A DNA stretch of 64,000 nt. Source: Tubulanus polymorphus. Its lineage: Eukaryota > Animalia > Nemertea. The translations under genes and the position numbers were made by a program. Each line of letters begins with the position of its first letter. Within the stretch, counting starts at the first letter, position 1. Where the stretch lies: positions 23,904,150-23,968,149 of the forward strand of contig NC_134026.1 in the NCBI RefSeq assembly GCF_964204645.1, given 5' to 3'. The notes below the pieces were generated by a model, which was not told the DNA's origin, searched no databases, and was given only the letters and a program-made list of their open reading frames with translations. This document shows, one piece after another, positions 12,813-30,508 of the stretch.

Positions 12813-15762
12813 TCACTTATAAACGAGGAATTCTTTACTGCCGGTGTAAGATGTGGCAAACAGTTTCCCATCGGCAGTTGGATCAGTAAACGCAATATTT
12901 GCCTTGGATAATGGATAACCTAGTACAAAATTAAACCTGAAATAAAAACATGACAAAAATACATATTTCATCGTATCAATACACGTGGTCACTATTTTTT
13001 AGTTGTAAGACTGAAATCATACCTCAGACAATCTAATAATCTAGTCGCAATGCCTTTTCGTCTGGCGTGCTTAAAAACCCATACTCGACTTATGCCGCAT
13101 CTACACGGGAGCATTTCAGTGCTACAACACCAAGCTTTGCCAATCTCCTGTTTATCATCTCCGGCAAGAACACGACATGCCTACAATAAATTTCAGATTT
13201 ATTTAGATCTTTTTAAGAGACAAAAAAGATGACCGATTGGTTTGGAAGGAATGAAGTAATAAAATAAACTGCCATCTCCAGAGAAATCAGTAAGTACTCA
13301 CTTGTGAAATAGGCTCAGCAACACAACACCCTACTACTCTTTTCTCGTCATTCACATAAATATAAATCTGAAAGCAACATTAACAACAAAAGTTGTGGGT
13401 TTTATTCACTGAATCAGCATATAAAATATATGCATTTCTTGCACCACGACAGAAATAGACAAAACTGTTCCTTACACGTTTATTAGCTTTCTGGCTTTGA
13501 TCACACATTTCCGAAAATCCAAGATCATCATCAACCACTTTCAGAATGGATGCAATCTATGAGTAGATTTGGAAGATACATTCAGTACGAATTTGAGATT
13601 TACAACAGGTACCAGTGCAAATTTCAGAGTGTTCAAAGAGTATTTACGATTTTATGGGGGGAAAGAATTATGTCCTAGCTTCATATGTCAGGGTAGGGGT
13701 TAGAGTAAAATGTAAAGCGTCAAAAATTTCCTGATGCAAAATAAATTACATTTACAATACAAGTATCACAACACTCTACCCTACTTCCTAATTAGAAATA
13801 AATGTCCTAAAGTGAAAATGTCGAGCGTAGGTCGCATCTTAATAGATCAGTTGTTTCAGTGAATACCAGTAATTAGGCTAGGCAGTATGACAGCCAATTT
13901 GATGGAGGTGTAATTTTATCAATGAAATAACTACTATTTGAATGCTTCCTATGAGATTATATTCACCTTTTTCTGTGCAGTTTTGTCAGTATATGATAAC
14001 AGCACAATTTTGCCATCAGAAAACTCTTGGACAACTCTTTCTTTTTTCCAACCCTTGAAAGAAAATAAATCTTGTTTAGAGATACGTCCTTCAAGGGAAA
14101 TAGCTTAGAATGAATGTGTTATGTCTGGGTTTTGTTTTATGATCAAATGAGCTTGACCGTGAAATAAACATAGCACAATTGAATGTACACATTTCAAGTC
14201 ATCTGTAGTACATACTGTATATCTGAGAGCATTTAAAAATCGCTGATGGAATCTAGAATGAGCTGCTTCATCTTCTGGTTCTTTTTCTGTGTAAATCATT
14301 CCACAAGTCGGACATTCAATAGTGACATGTTCTTTCTGCCCAAAATCCTATAAAAAAATAAAATCATTGATATCTATTACATTATGCCATCTTTAAATTT
14401 CATTCCTTTACTAGCACGGGCATATGAATAAGAAACCATTACCAATATCATCTGCTCTTTTCCATCTTCGCGCAACGATTTCAACAGAGTCTGTCTTCTG
14501 GGCGTAGACTTTCGTGAACCAGGGCTATCATCCGTATTGCTGCAATATTGAAAACATCCTTAAAAACAGATCCAACCACAATGGCTACAGATTTCAAAAT
14601 GAAATTGAAAGCATTAGTTCTGAACATTCATTGCTTTAAACGGCATCGGTTATACTTACAATCTTAAAGTCGTTTGAATCGGGCTGTTGCGTGGACTAAA
14701 TATTGGGTAACACTTCTTTCCATCAATGATAGCAGGTGGAAGTTTGTTTTCGATATTCAACACATTTGTGTTATCTAGAAAATGAAGCCAAAACAATTTC
14801 AAAAATGTAAATATCGAAGACAGAAAATGTGTCCATCGAGACTTACCATTCAGGACAGTTTGATTTGAGGCTGGTACAACTAAACCATCAACAATATCCG
14901 TAGAGGAATTGACTTCTAAATTATCATTATTTTCACTAAGCGATGATGCACAACTTGATGCGCAGTTACTTGAGAATTCACCCGTAAATAAGTCCTGTGA
15001 GTAAACATTATTGCACATTGGTTCAGGATTGTCAGTCGATATGTTATTGTCAGCAATGTCGACATCATCATCGGAAACACCAAAACCTGTACTTCCACAT
15101 ATTTCAACCGGTTGTTGATCAGATTTAACCTCCACAAGACATTCCCTAGATAGCACAGGAGGTATATCGATGGAAGCAGACGCAACATTTTCATCTGTTT
15201 GTCGCATCAACATAGGAGGTTCGGAATTATCAGTGCTCAAGGCTCGGGGTTTCTTCTTGTCGGCATAAAACTCGAGCTCAGCAAAACTGTGTTTTTTCCT
15301 GGGAGCCTTCAACGATTCAGTTCTACGATGCTTCACTTTAGCCGTGAGATTGTTTCTCTTCTTTGAACCCTTACTATTCTGCTTATGGTAAATCAATTGA
15401 AAGGATGCACGCTGAACTGACTTTGTTCGGTGTTTGAAGAACTTCTTTCCATTATTTCCAACAGAATTTTCTTTAACATCCAAACCTTCATTAAGGCTAA
15501 TTTCCTTGACTTTCGTAGTTTGTGCCCTTGTTATGTTTCTTTTTCTACTGTTTGGAAGTGAACCAGCCTTAACTTCACCTAACACTTTAGGCGAATTATC
15601 ATGTTCTGATGGTCGCTGCATACACAGCTTTTTTGCTCCATAGAATGAGCCAATTTGAAATTCGACATCATCTGAAATGTGATCAACAGAACGCTTAGCT
15701 GATCTCATTGCATCGTCACAAGTAACTGCATCGGGTTGACTCAAAGATCTGATTGGCCTCAT
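12813..15762 (-). CDS. ESCO2: N-acetyltransferase ESCO1/2 (Eco1, establishment of cohesion), multi-exon
   Basis: Spliced translation shows a long basic N-terminus, KKCYPIF, the PIP-box-like QMILDFGQK, a C2H2 finger (CPTCGMIY...EDEAAHSRFH) and GNAT motifs (VVGCCVAEPI, GISRVWVFKHARRKGIATRLLD, IAFTDPTADGKLFATSY). Stop TGA at 12813-12815. The start codon is uncertain; a probable non-coding first exon ends at 16590. Confidence 0.92.
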
Positions 15763-16314
15763 ATTCACTTGTTTAGCACAGTTAGTGGATCCTACTCAAA
15801 TAAAAACATACAAAATTTATAAGACATTAAGCCAGGTGACTAGTCATACAAAATGGATATTTTCACAAACCACATCAATTTAACCTATTTGATTTAGCTA
15901 AAAATGTTTTGAATAGGAAACTTACTAACTAGGAGAGAATACAACCAGATAGATAGTACATCTATAGGTTAACTAGTTTATTTGACGCATGGCTCCTCTA
16001 CAAATCAAACTAAGGTCGGTTGGAGAAGCTACATCCTGGCCCTAGGGGCCTAATTCAAAAAATGAATTTTTTCTGCAACCAACTAATCTATAGAGTCCGG
16101 AAATATGATGGGTGGTCGTGCTGAAATCATATGAAATGGAAAATGCCCCTGGTATGGAACCACAGCCAGCCACACACACTACTCTAAGCTAAGCACATGC
16201 ACAGACACTGCTGCACTGCACTGCGGCAGGGCCGGGGAAGGAAAGAGGAGGGACGAGGGTAATGATACCAGTGTCAGTATTCCCGTAGGCTATTAGGGGG
16301 TTCATCCACTATTC

Positions 16315-16359
16315 AGTTTTCCTGAAGATGACCGTTATCGTTGAAACGTTGAATAAACT
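16315..16359 (+). ncRNA. degenerate minimal hammerhead-ribozyme-like motif (Penelope/retrozyme type)
   Basis: CTGAAGA (16322-28), short stem II GAC/GTT, GAAAC-GTT (16343-50), and flanking stem I AGTTTTC / GAATAAACT. Stem II is weak. Confidence 0.35.
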
Positions 16360-17236
16360 ACAACAGCTCCAAGCAAGGCAAGCCAACCGATCCGGCGGAT
16401 CCGATGTCGATGATCGAGCAGAGGAAACATTTTCGGATTTCATTTTCTCGTAATTATTGTGGGAATCTCAGTTGTATCCACTATTAAATTGTGACATGCC
16501 CCTGCACTTGTGTCTCCAGCGTGGGGTACATTCTACTCAAACTAAGGGTCTTATTCCTATTGATAAATGAAGGAACAAACTAATTTACCACAATTTTTCC
16601 TTCTTCAGGCCTTAGTCTTGGCGCGCCATTACGCATCATAGATGGCAGCACGATACGGTCAGTGAACGAGTAAACGCGGCCGGAGAGATCCCTTATAATA
16701 ACTAACTGATGTTCGCACCAGAAAAATAAATTTTCACAAAAAGCTACGACTCAAAATTGAGTTAAATGCATAAATTCTTTATTAAAAAAATTCAAATGAA
16801 AAGTTGCAATTGACTTGATACTAAAACTTAGTGTTCAGTTAAACAAATTTCGCCAATATTCGTCAATTGCCCAAATACGTACTTCGATTTTACTGAGTAC
16901 AGTGACGAGTAAATTACACTCTTTATAAAATGATGGGAGAAAACAAGCATTAGTTCTATTCAGTTGTGAATCCAATATAATTTGTCCGCAGTTAGAACAT
17001 GATCCCATATCTATCTCATACAACACAATAAATGCAAACTGATTGTATTTCACTACTATTTTTCCCAATTAATGAGAATTTTCAGCCTCCTTCGAAATCA
17101 TACACAAAGGAACATATACGCTTAAAATCTGCAATATTGCACCTTGAACTGCATCTGTCAACCATCAGGTTCACCATCAGGCTTCCGATGAGTGAATTTG
17201 GAAAAGTCATTGAATAGATCTCCTCGTCACTGGTGC

Positions 17237-22162
<4,926 letters not shown>

Positions 22163-24788
22163 TCTACGCGATGAATATTACACTGTAATGATTTAATTCA
22201 AGCCCCAATTTCACTTAAATTGTTCAACTATTACGGGAACTGCGCGTGTGAACAGCGACATCTAACATCAGGAACGGCTGTAAGATTTTCACCGGAACGA
22301 CGATACCGTAGAAACTCAATCACAGTATTTCAGCACAATTTTGCTCCAAAATTAAAGACTATATGTTGATAAGATATTTCTAACATTCCGACATTTTGAC
22401 TGACAAGCATTTTTTTAGGTGTTTATGAAATTTAGGAGACAAGCCGCGACTATTTTTATTATTGGCAAGTGAGTGTACATTTTCGGTATTGAACAGGGAT
22501 TTCCTTTAATATCAAGGTCGAGGCAACTGTCAAACTTTTTTCTTCATTGTGAATCATTTTTTTGATGGAATTTGGAGGTTTGGCTCTGTTTCTCATGCTT
22601 TCAAACACTGAATCGTTGTTGAACTAGTAGCTGGAATTAAGGATTTATTGGATTGTTTGTGATAGTAGATGCTCACATACTTTTAGGTAAGACTGAAAAT
22701 GATAGAAAATCAATTTAACCGAGTTAATATTGCTTGCTGGAATTTTTTTGATCTTCAAGATCAAAAGAATTCCAGCAAGATCATCTTGTAACCAAAGAGG
22801 ACCGATGGATATGATACCTGCGTGATTATATTCTGTAAGTGACTAGGTTGTGGACAAAGTTTCATGTTATTCTTTTTACCCAGTCCTGAAGAAAGTGACT
22901 GTTTCGCGGCACTCCGTATGCTGACACTTGACTGACAGCTTGCGTTCCTCGGGGTCGCAATGAAGCGACACCACTGGCACTAAGGACAGTTCTCAGTGAA
23001 ATAAATCTCAGCTAATTTCAGCTATAATTGAAAAGTCTAGTCAGTGAATAGGATTTGAGAAATGTTTCTGAAGGCCTGCCTACTAGTAGTATCTAGTTAT
23101 GGGAACCCATACATTGTCTGGTACAGTTTGAGGCCAGTACAGCCTGAAAGTGTTGTGCTGTTATGTCTACCAACAAGGCTATATAGTTTATTTAGACAGA
23201 GTGACAGAAATCTTTTCAAACAACTTATAATAATCAGTAGTATAATCATTTTGTGCTCCAAAAACTTTTGGAATTTCTGAGGGAATAGATTTAAATCTGA
23301 ATCTGAACCAGTGTTAATTTGCTCTTAAATTTGTTCTTATTTTTGATTAATAAGTTTTTTTGTTAGCAATATTTTCAAATCAGATCAGTAGGCCAGTACC
23401 TCAAATAGGGTTAGGCCTAAGTTACCGTACACTTTACAGCACTGGGTATGTTAGTTCTGGTTGTATATCTAGGCTATAGTTTCTGTACAATAAATCAAAT
23501 ATTTTTCAATGATTAGTTTAGCATGCATTGAATGAATCACTCAGACTGACTTGCTGACTACAGATGATGATTATTCATTTTCCAGAGTTTATCAGAGCTA
23601 TTTGTGAATTCTTTAGGCCTACTATCTGCGGTATTCACATCTCAAAGAAACTTTCTACAGGCTGGCTCGATATCAAAAACGCAAATTTTTCCTTTGTTTT
23701 CGATATTATGTTGTTTTATGGATGGTTTTTCTACTTATGATCCTAAAAAACAAATGAATTACGTGTTTAGTTATAGAAATTATGAACACTGTCCCGACCT
23801 AACAATCTCAATAAAGAAGGTTAATGCTTCAATTAGCCAATTATAATAAGCATATCACTATAGGGTACCGGTAGTTTATTCATTGACCTAGTAATAATTT
23901 TCCTCACATATTCTTTCAAAGGAATAAATAGTATATATACACTCGAATTATGGTGGTATACAAACTTCTTTTAAGTCAAGACATCTCTTTAAGTGAAAGA
24001 CTTTGATCTTCCCAATCATGCCTGGTTACTGGCGTAGGCTTAGGTCTATTTATTTCTGAATTTTCTCTTGTCAGCACAATAATAGATCTGAGCGCAAGGC
24101 CTGTTAGATTGGGCGTGCCCAAAAACTTTGTCTATGATGATCAAACAAATACTTAAACTCTAAAATGAAATGGTGAAAGTATTATTGACCCAATATTCCC
24201 ACTCAAATATTCTGATGTGTTGAGTAATGTGAACTGTGTATACAAGCAACTTTTGCTACCTGTATGCGTTTAATACATTCACATAGCGCCGGAAGAGTTC
24301 CAGACTATCCTGTGCTGGTGGTTTGTATATTGCTGTGTGTAACTTCACTCATGCATTTTCTTGGATAGAATGAGAAAGTTGTTTTTGCGAAGCAGCTAAC
24401 AGTTAGTTTCATCATAGAGGTTGCTTTTATCTGACACTGAACATTCCGTGTGTGAATACCTTGTAGGTAAGAATTTACATTGATTTTTGGAAACCACTCA
24501 GGGCTAGTATGTTATCCCTATGTATTTAGGCAATAGTAGTTTCTGAAAGTATTCTAGATTCAGGAATGGATTTAGTTCAATGAGGTTTTGTGACTGACTT
24601 TGGCTTTGTGAAAAACATGTGGAGGAAATTATCTATCTGTAAGATGATGAATATTTGATTAGATATTCCAATAGTGACGAAATAGGACTGAGGAATTTAA
24701 CTACAAACCCTATTCCCTTTTTGGTTCTTATATGAGTGGGAATTGTTGAAGAATTTTTAGAATGGTTTGAATTATTTTTTTAGGTGGC

Positions 24789-27700
24789 ATGAATGCATTG
24801 ATAATATTAACGTTGCTGGTGGGTATTCAACTGTGTGGAGCGCGTATGACTGGAGCTCCTATTGATGCCTGCGTTACAATGGTACCGCAACATAGAAATT
24901 ATGTTCCGCAGAAATCGGCAGCTCCATTTACAGTAACAGTACCGAATACAGTGACTAGTTACACTGCTGCTCAATCAATCACAGGTATGTGTGTAATTTT
25001 TTGATAACAAATTATTTCATTTCACAGTTCTTATGAACCCTTTCTGTAACAGGCCTTTTTTATGGAAGCCCTAGGTGACGTACAAGATAATCTTTTCACA
25101 ATTCGACATAAGTCGAAATTGGGAAAAAATTATCTCGTATGTCACAGGGGCTTCCGTACTTTATCTACATTAGAATACTTATATTTTAGTGACGATTCAA
25201 CAGAAAGCTCCAAGCTCATTAAAAATTAAAGGATTTTTGCTGGAAGCTCGTCGTGTAAATTTTCAGCTGAATGTTGATGAGCCAATTGGAACTTGGACAG
25301 CAGCGGCAAACACTCAAACTGTCACATGTACTGCGGCTAATGTAAGAAAAATCTATTCGTGCAGTTTCAACAACTGTTGTTTTTATTTCGAAAAATGTTT
25401 AAAGATTTGTCATCAGGAGCATCTCTTTACTGTAATGGTTTCTTTTTCTAACATAATATCTTTGATGAAATATTTTCTATAGGACGCTCTAACTCACAAA
25501 TCACCTCTGAATCTGGCAACTATTACTGGAGCGTGGACAGCTCCTACACCAACCCAAGATCAAATTGTGTTTAAGTGAGTTTGGTCCTTATTAAAAGATA
25601 AATATGATGCATATTAAGATATAAATATGCGATGTATAAGGCTGACTTTGATTCACAAAAAGGAAAAACATTTGAAGGAATGGATTTTTATTGCTTATAC
25701 ATGTATCATTTTAGAGCAACGATAGTTACAAACTTCAACACATTTTGGACAGATGTAACATCGAAGGTGATCACAACCAGTGGTGCCCAACCTTTACCAA
25801 ATCCTACATTCGCTCCGGTAAGTGTTTAGTGAAAAACTAATGAATACTGTTATACTTACCTCATCATTGATTCAACTGCAACAAAGGGGAAATCAGTTTA
25901 ACATATTACTGTATACACATACATGTTAGTACATGAACTATCACTGTTTTGTTTCTAGTTTAATCCAATTGCTCAAATAAAAACCTTGGGAGAATGTGGA
26001 TTGACTAAGGGCTGTTTCATGCAGCCCTCAAATTGTGTCGAAAGTGACTGTGAATACTTGGTGACTTATCGTGAAACGCCGGATAAAACTGCTATAGATT
26101 TTGAAATGAGTGCAAAGACCACTGGTTATGTAGCTGTCGGATTCTCGAAAGACCAACTGATGGTAAGTTTCTGTACAAGGAGTTACTTGAGCTTTAATGC
26201 TCCTTAATGATTCTGTTGTTAGTAACGGCTATAATTTCTCTATGTCTTCATTCTGAAACAAGAGTAATGACGTCTTTACTGTATTATCTTCAGGGAGATG
26301 ATAGTGTGATTCAATGTGCTTTCGTCAGCAGTAATTCACGCGTGGTTATATCTAATTCATACAATGAAAAGAATCTTAAAGCAAATAGGCCAATACCTGT
26401 ACCATATGTAAGTCTTCATACCTCAATTAGATACCAAATTGATAAAGACATTTACCGGTATATGTGCTGTTTTTATGGTAGTTCGTTGTTGAATCCCATG
26501 CATTTCGTTTAGTAATGAAGTTTTGTTACGTACATTGTTCTGTTTCTATTGTCTTCTTGCAGAAGCAAGGTGGATTGACGGGCATGCAAGGGTATTACAA
26601 CAATGGACGTTTGAGTTGTAGATTCAGGAGAAATAAAGTAGTCACTGGTGGTCCATCTGCACAATTATTTGCAATTGATAAACCGTATTACTTGTTTGTT
26701 GCTCGAGGAGCTGTCACTCCAGATGGTGAGTCCATTTTGCTGCCTCGATGTCTGGTATTGCAATATTCGGTTATAACACATTGACGGACTGTTGTCAATC
26801 ATCAATTTTGATGAAATTTTTCCAGGCTATTTGGTGAAACACAACACTAGCCCAGGAATGTATCCACTTATATCTCCTAAGAAAGTTGACATGGTTGGCA
26901 ATAATATGCTGTATTCATATGTCCCTGTCAGAAACAATCTTGTCAAAGCCCATGGTAGGTCCAATTCTGCTAGAATTTCTGACCATTCGTGAACAGCTTT
27001 GTCAACTTTGTGCACATATTTGATCAATCTTCAGGTTGTATGATGATTGTCGCATGGATTTTGTTTGTCAGTTTTGCAATGCTGATGGCGCACTACTATA
27101 AACCTATGTGGCCAAATGAGTCGCTGTACAAAGAACGTGTCTGGTTCCAGGTACATGTATATACAGTCTTACAATCATCAAATATAATGATTCTATCACA
27201 TTGTGATTTGAAAAGTCCACCTTCACTATGAATACGTACATGTAATATGATACAGTTTTTCTGTACTGTAAAATATTCATAAGTGGAAATGATTTGTTGT
27301 TTTTATACCATTACGCATTTGTATATTCTTTAAGGTTCACCGCGCTTGTATGATTGTTGCTGTTATCTTGATTATTCTGGCATTTATTCTGATTCTGATA
27401 CACGCTCGTGGATACAGCAATGTGAGTATATTATGGAGTCTGGGAAAATCAACATGTTCCAGGGAATTAATTTGTCCTTTCTTATATTGTAGTTAAGAGG
27501 ACTGCCTTACGCTGCTCATCCTATCCTTGGGTTCATTATTGTTGCCCTTGTCATCATAAATGTAAGTTGTTATTGACAGCTTTTGTAGGTGTACTCTGCA
27601 TGCATTAAGTAAGCAATTTTGAGTTAATGTAGAAATTATGCTTTTCTTTATTCAGCCACTTATAACCTTGTGCCGCTGTAAACCAGAGGATGATGATCGT

Positions 27701-28314
27701 CCTATTTTCAATTGGATCCACTGGGGTATTGGAACGGTGGCTCACATATTGGCAGGTAAGAAACTTATCTTATTGCTGTTACTCAAATAAAGTCGCTCTT
27801 CACTACAATTCTGATGTTTTCATAATTCAATTTTTAGTCATCAATATTTTTATTGGGATGGATCTGGAAGCTGCAGCCGTTTTGTGGTTTTGCTCTTGGA
27901 TTCTGGTCGCCTGGGTCATCTTCCACGCTGTGGTACAAATTACCTTGGAGATTCACCAGTGCTGCATGCGAAGACGAGATAAAGGTTCGTAAATTTCATC
28001 TGATTCTGTAAATACAAGAATGAATTAATTTCTGATAAAAGGTATCTGATAATCTTTCAGAGAAAATGCATGATTATGAGCTGGAAAAAACCAAGACTGT
28101 ACAGACATACCCGTATAGACGTCCTGAACCAGCTGTAAGTAATCAACTATGAATTATCATTACCGGTAAATATTTCAATCAATTGATCATTCTCGAATAT
28201 ATTTCCATTATTATTCAGGGTCGTGGCTTTAAGATATGTATGCTGTCCATATATGGAGTAATAACAGCTTGTGTTGTTTTGGCTATGGTGCTGATCATCG
28301 CTATGTACCCATGA
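24789..28314 (+). CDS. FRRS1: putative ferric-chelate reductase 1 (signal peptide + Reeler + DOMON + cytochrome b561), paralog A
   Basis: Signal peptide then Reeler (GAPIDACVTMVPQH, KGFLLEARR, PIGTW), DOMON (CGLTKGCF, GYVAVGFSKDQLMGDD, LSCRFRR) and b561 His motifs (KAHGCMMIVAW, WFQVHRACM, AHPILG, FNWIHWGIG). Stop TGA at 28312-28314. Confidence 0.9.
25061..25158. mobile_element. ~100-bp fold-back MITE in FRRS1-A intron
   Basis: Near-complete palindrome TATGGAAGCCCTAGGTGACGTACAAGATAAT...ATTATCTCGTATGTCACAGGGGCTTCCGTA. Confidence 0.65.
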
Positions 28315-28687
28315 ATAAATTCGAGAAAAGATTTTCTATTCAACATAATTGGGAACTGAAATAATCGTTGAGAGTATTTTATATGCAGTTGCAGGTGTAT
28401 TGAATGTTTTGAACATTTTCTGTATCTATACCATCAATGCTATTTTGTGCGGAAACAAAAGCAAATTCTAGATTAATACAATAGCAGTTTTGGAAACCTT
28501 TGAATAGTTGTATATATGTTTTTTAGATATCTACATACATTTTTACATTTGTCTAAATTATTTGTGAGATCCTGCAGTGTTACGCACTTATTGTGAAATG
28601 GTGAAAATTTCATCTTTTGATATAAACACATACAGCATAATCCATGCTGAAGACAGTAAAACGTTCAAGGTATTGGTCAGTGTATTT

Positions 28688-28706
28688 ATATATATATATA
28701 TATATA
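28688..28706. repeat. (TA)n microsatellite
   Basis: Direct reading. Confidence 0.8.
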
Positions 28707-30508
28707 CATATGTTTATAAGATTTAGGATAGAGTTCTACAGTTCCTTCTTTTTCATTATTTTATCACTGAAAACAGCTGCTTCCACATTTTATATTGTTT
28801 CATATTATATTTCGTTTGTATCATTACATGTACTTGTATTGTTTGAATGATATTGTTCATTAAGATAAACTTTTAAAGCTTTTAGTTAGCGAGAGACTAT
28901 TGTTCAGACCGATTGACCATCACCTATGATCAGTTTCAAATCAAAATAATTTTGGTAATTAATATCACACTGTCTAAGATTGTTTGGGTTTTATCATTGT
29001 TTTAATGCATAGTTATTTCTTGTGTATATATTTTCAATGCATTCATATTTTATATATTATCATAAAAAACGTGCATGAACTGAACTACTAACTACGTAGA
29101 AAGGTACAGCGCAACAGGTTTTACAAGCTCTGCCAACCGGTTGGGCAGTGAACCAGAAACATATCATTTAGAGATAGGTATTCTAACATTCACATAATGT
29201 CGATGTGAATGAAATAAAGGCTACTCTATTTTGAGGTTTTTCTGAGGATTACCCAAACAATACCCAGGCAAGCAAAATGGTCACGATGTGAAACTATGCA
29301 AACATGTATACGTCCATGCTATAATGTGATAGTTAATATCTTAGTAATTTATATAGAATCCGATATCGGTCACATTACAATCATAATCATCACTTGATCA
29401 AATAGCGATGTATGAAAGCTTGTCTTTAAGCCAAGCAATTAATAAATTCGATACTGCTTCAGAAAAAGATGTTCTTTATGGTCAATGGAATTTCACCGTC
29501 GGGCTGTTGAGACTTATCATTTCGTGTCCATTCTATTTTGATAATATTTGAAATCCATGTGAAGAGGAGACCGATTATCACGCGAACTCTGTGGCAGACT
29601 AAGAACAAGAAAAACCTTATCCAATATTTTTTCTGAAACTTTCATTTATTGAAACATACAGAATTTGCACTGTACATCATCTACAAAGGTATACAAGGGT
29701 TGTTATAACAAAATAACACCTCAGTTGGAAATAGCACATTTCACTGACAATGAATTGGAATAAAAGCCAAATGATGGAGATGCTACATGTACTAATAATA
29801 TACAATAAATAAAACTCATCTATGTTACATCAAATATATTCTGTGTTTCTAAGAAATTTGTGTTCAAGCTGTTGCATATATATCTTTTTCATTTCTACAC
29901 TAAGATATAATTATTTTAAGGCTTAAGGCATGTAATAAGTAAAACTACTTCATAGAATGGAAAATAATTTCTGTTGAACAGCCCAGTAAACTTCAAGTAG
30001 AGTAGATTATGCAGAACTTTTCCTGAACAAGTAAAAAACATAAGCTGAAGAATGTACTAAATTGTTCCAACTTAAAGAATGCAGAGATCAATTACTGATA
30101 ATATTGACATCAATTTAGACACTGGTAAACGGATATCCGCTTGTCTCACCCTTACAAGAAAAAGCACCTTATGTAGAAAGATGTTATATTCTTTTTTGAC
30201 ACACATGTACATATTGCAAGTATTTATTAAATCATTGGGCATTGGAAATGCTCTATTCTGTATGAAAATAAACATCCTATATTGCTGAGATGAACGCCAC
30301 AATTTACCAACATTATTCTAATCCATATGTACATATAAAAACCATGAGACAATGCGTGTAGTAAGTCTTGCAATTCTCCATTAGGGCCATGCATATTCAT
30401 GGAAACATTAACCCAATAATTCTTAATACCGGTTCATATTTTCACACGTTCTACTGTTTTTTTACTGCTGCTGAGATGATGCCGACAATATTTACAGTAT
30501 CTTGTTGC

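Noticed and set aside
16590-16639. MMRNGAPRLRPEEGKIV as the coding first exon of ESCO
   Set aside because: Its donor is phase 0 but the next acceptor (~15791) needs phase 1, so I treated it as 5' UTR or uORF.
24134-24214. Box C/D snoRNA-like ATGATGA...CTGA upstream of FRRS1-A
   Set aside because: No terminal stem and no recognisable rRNA guide.
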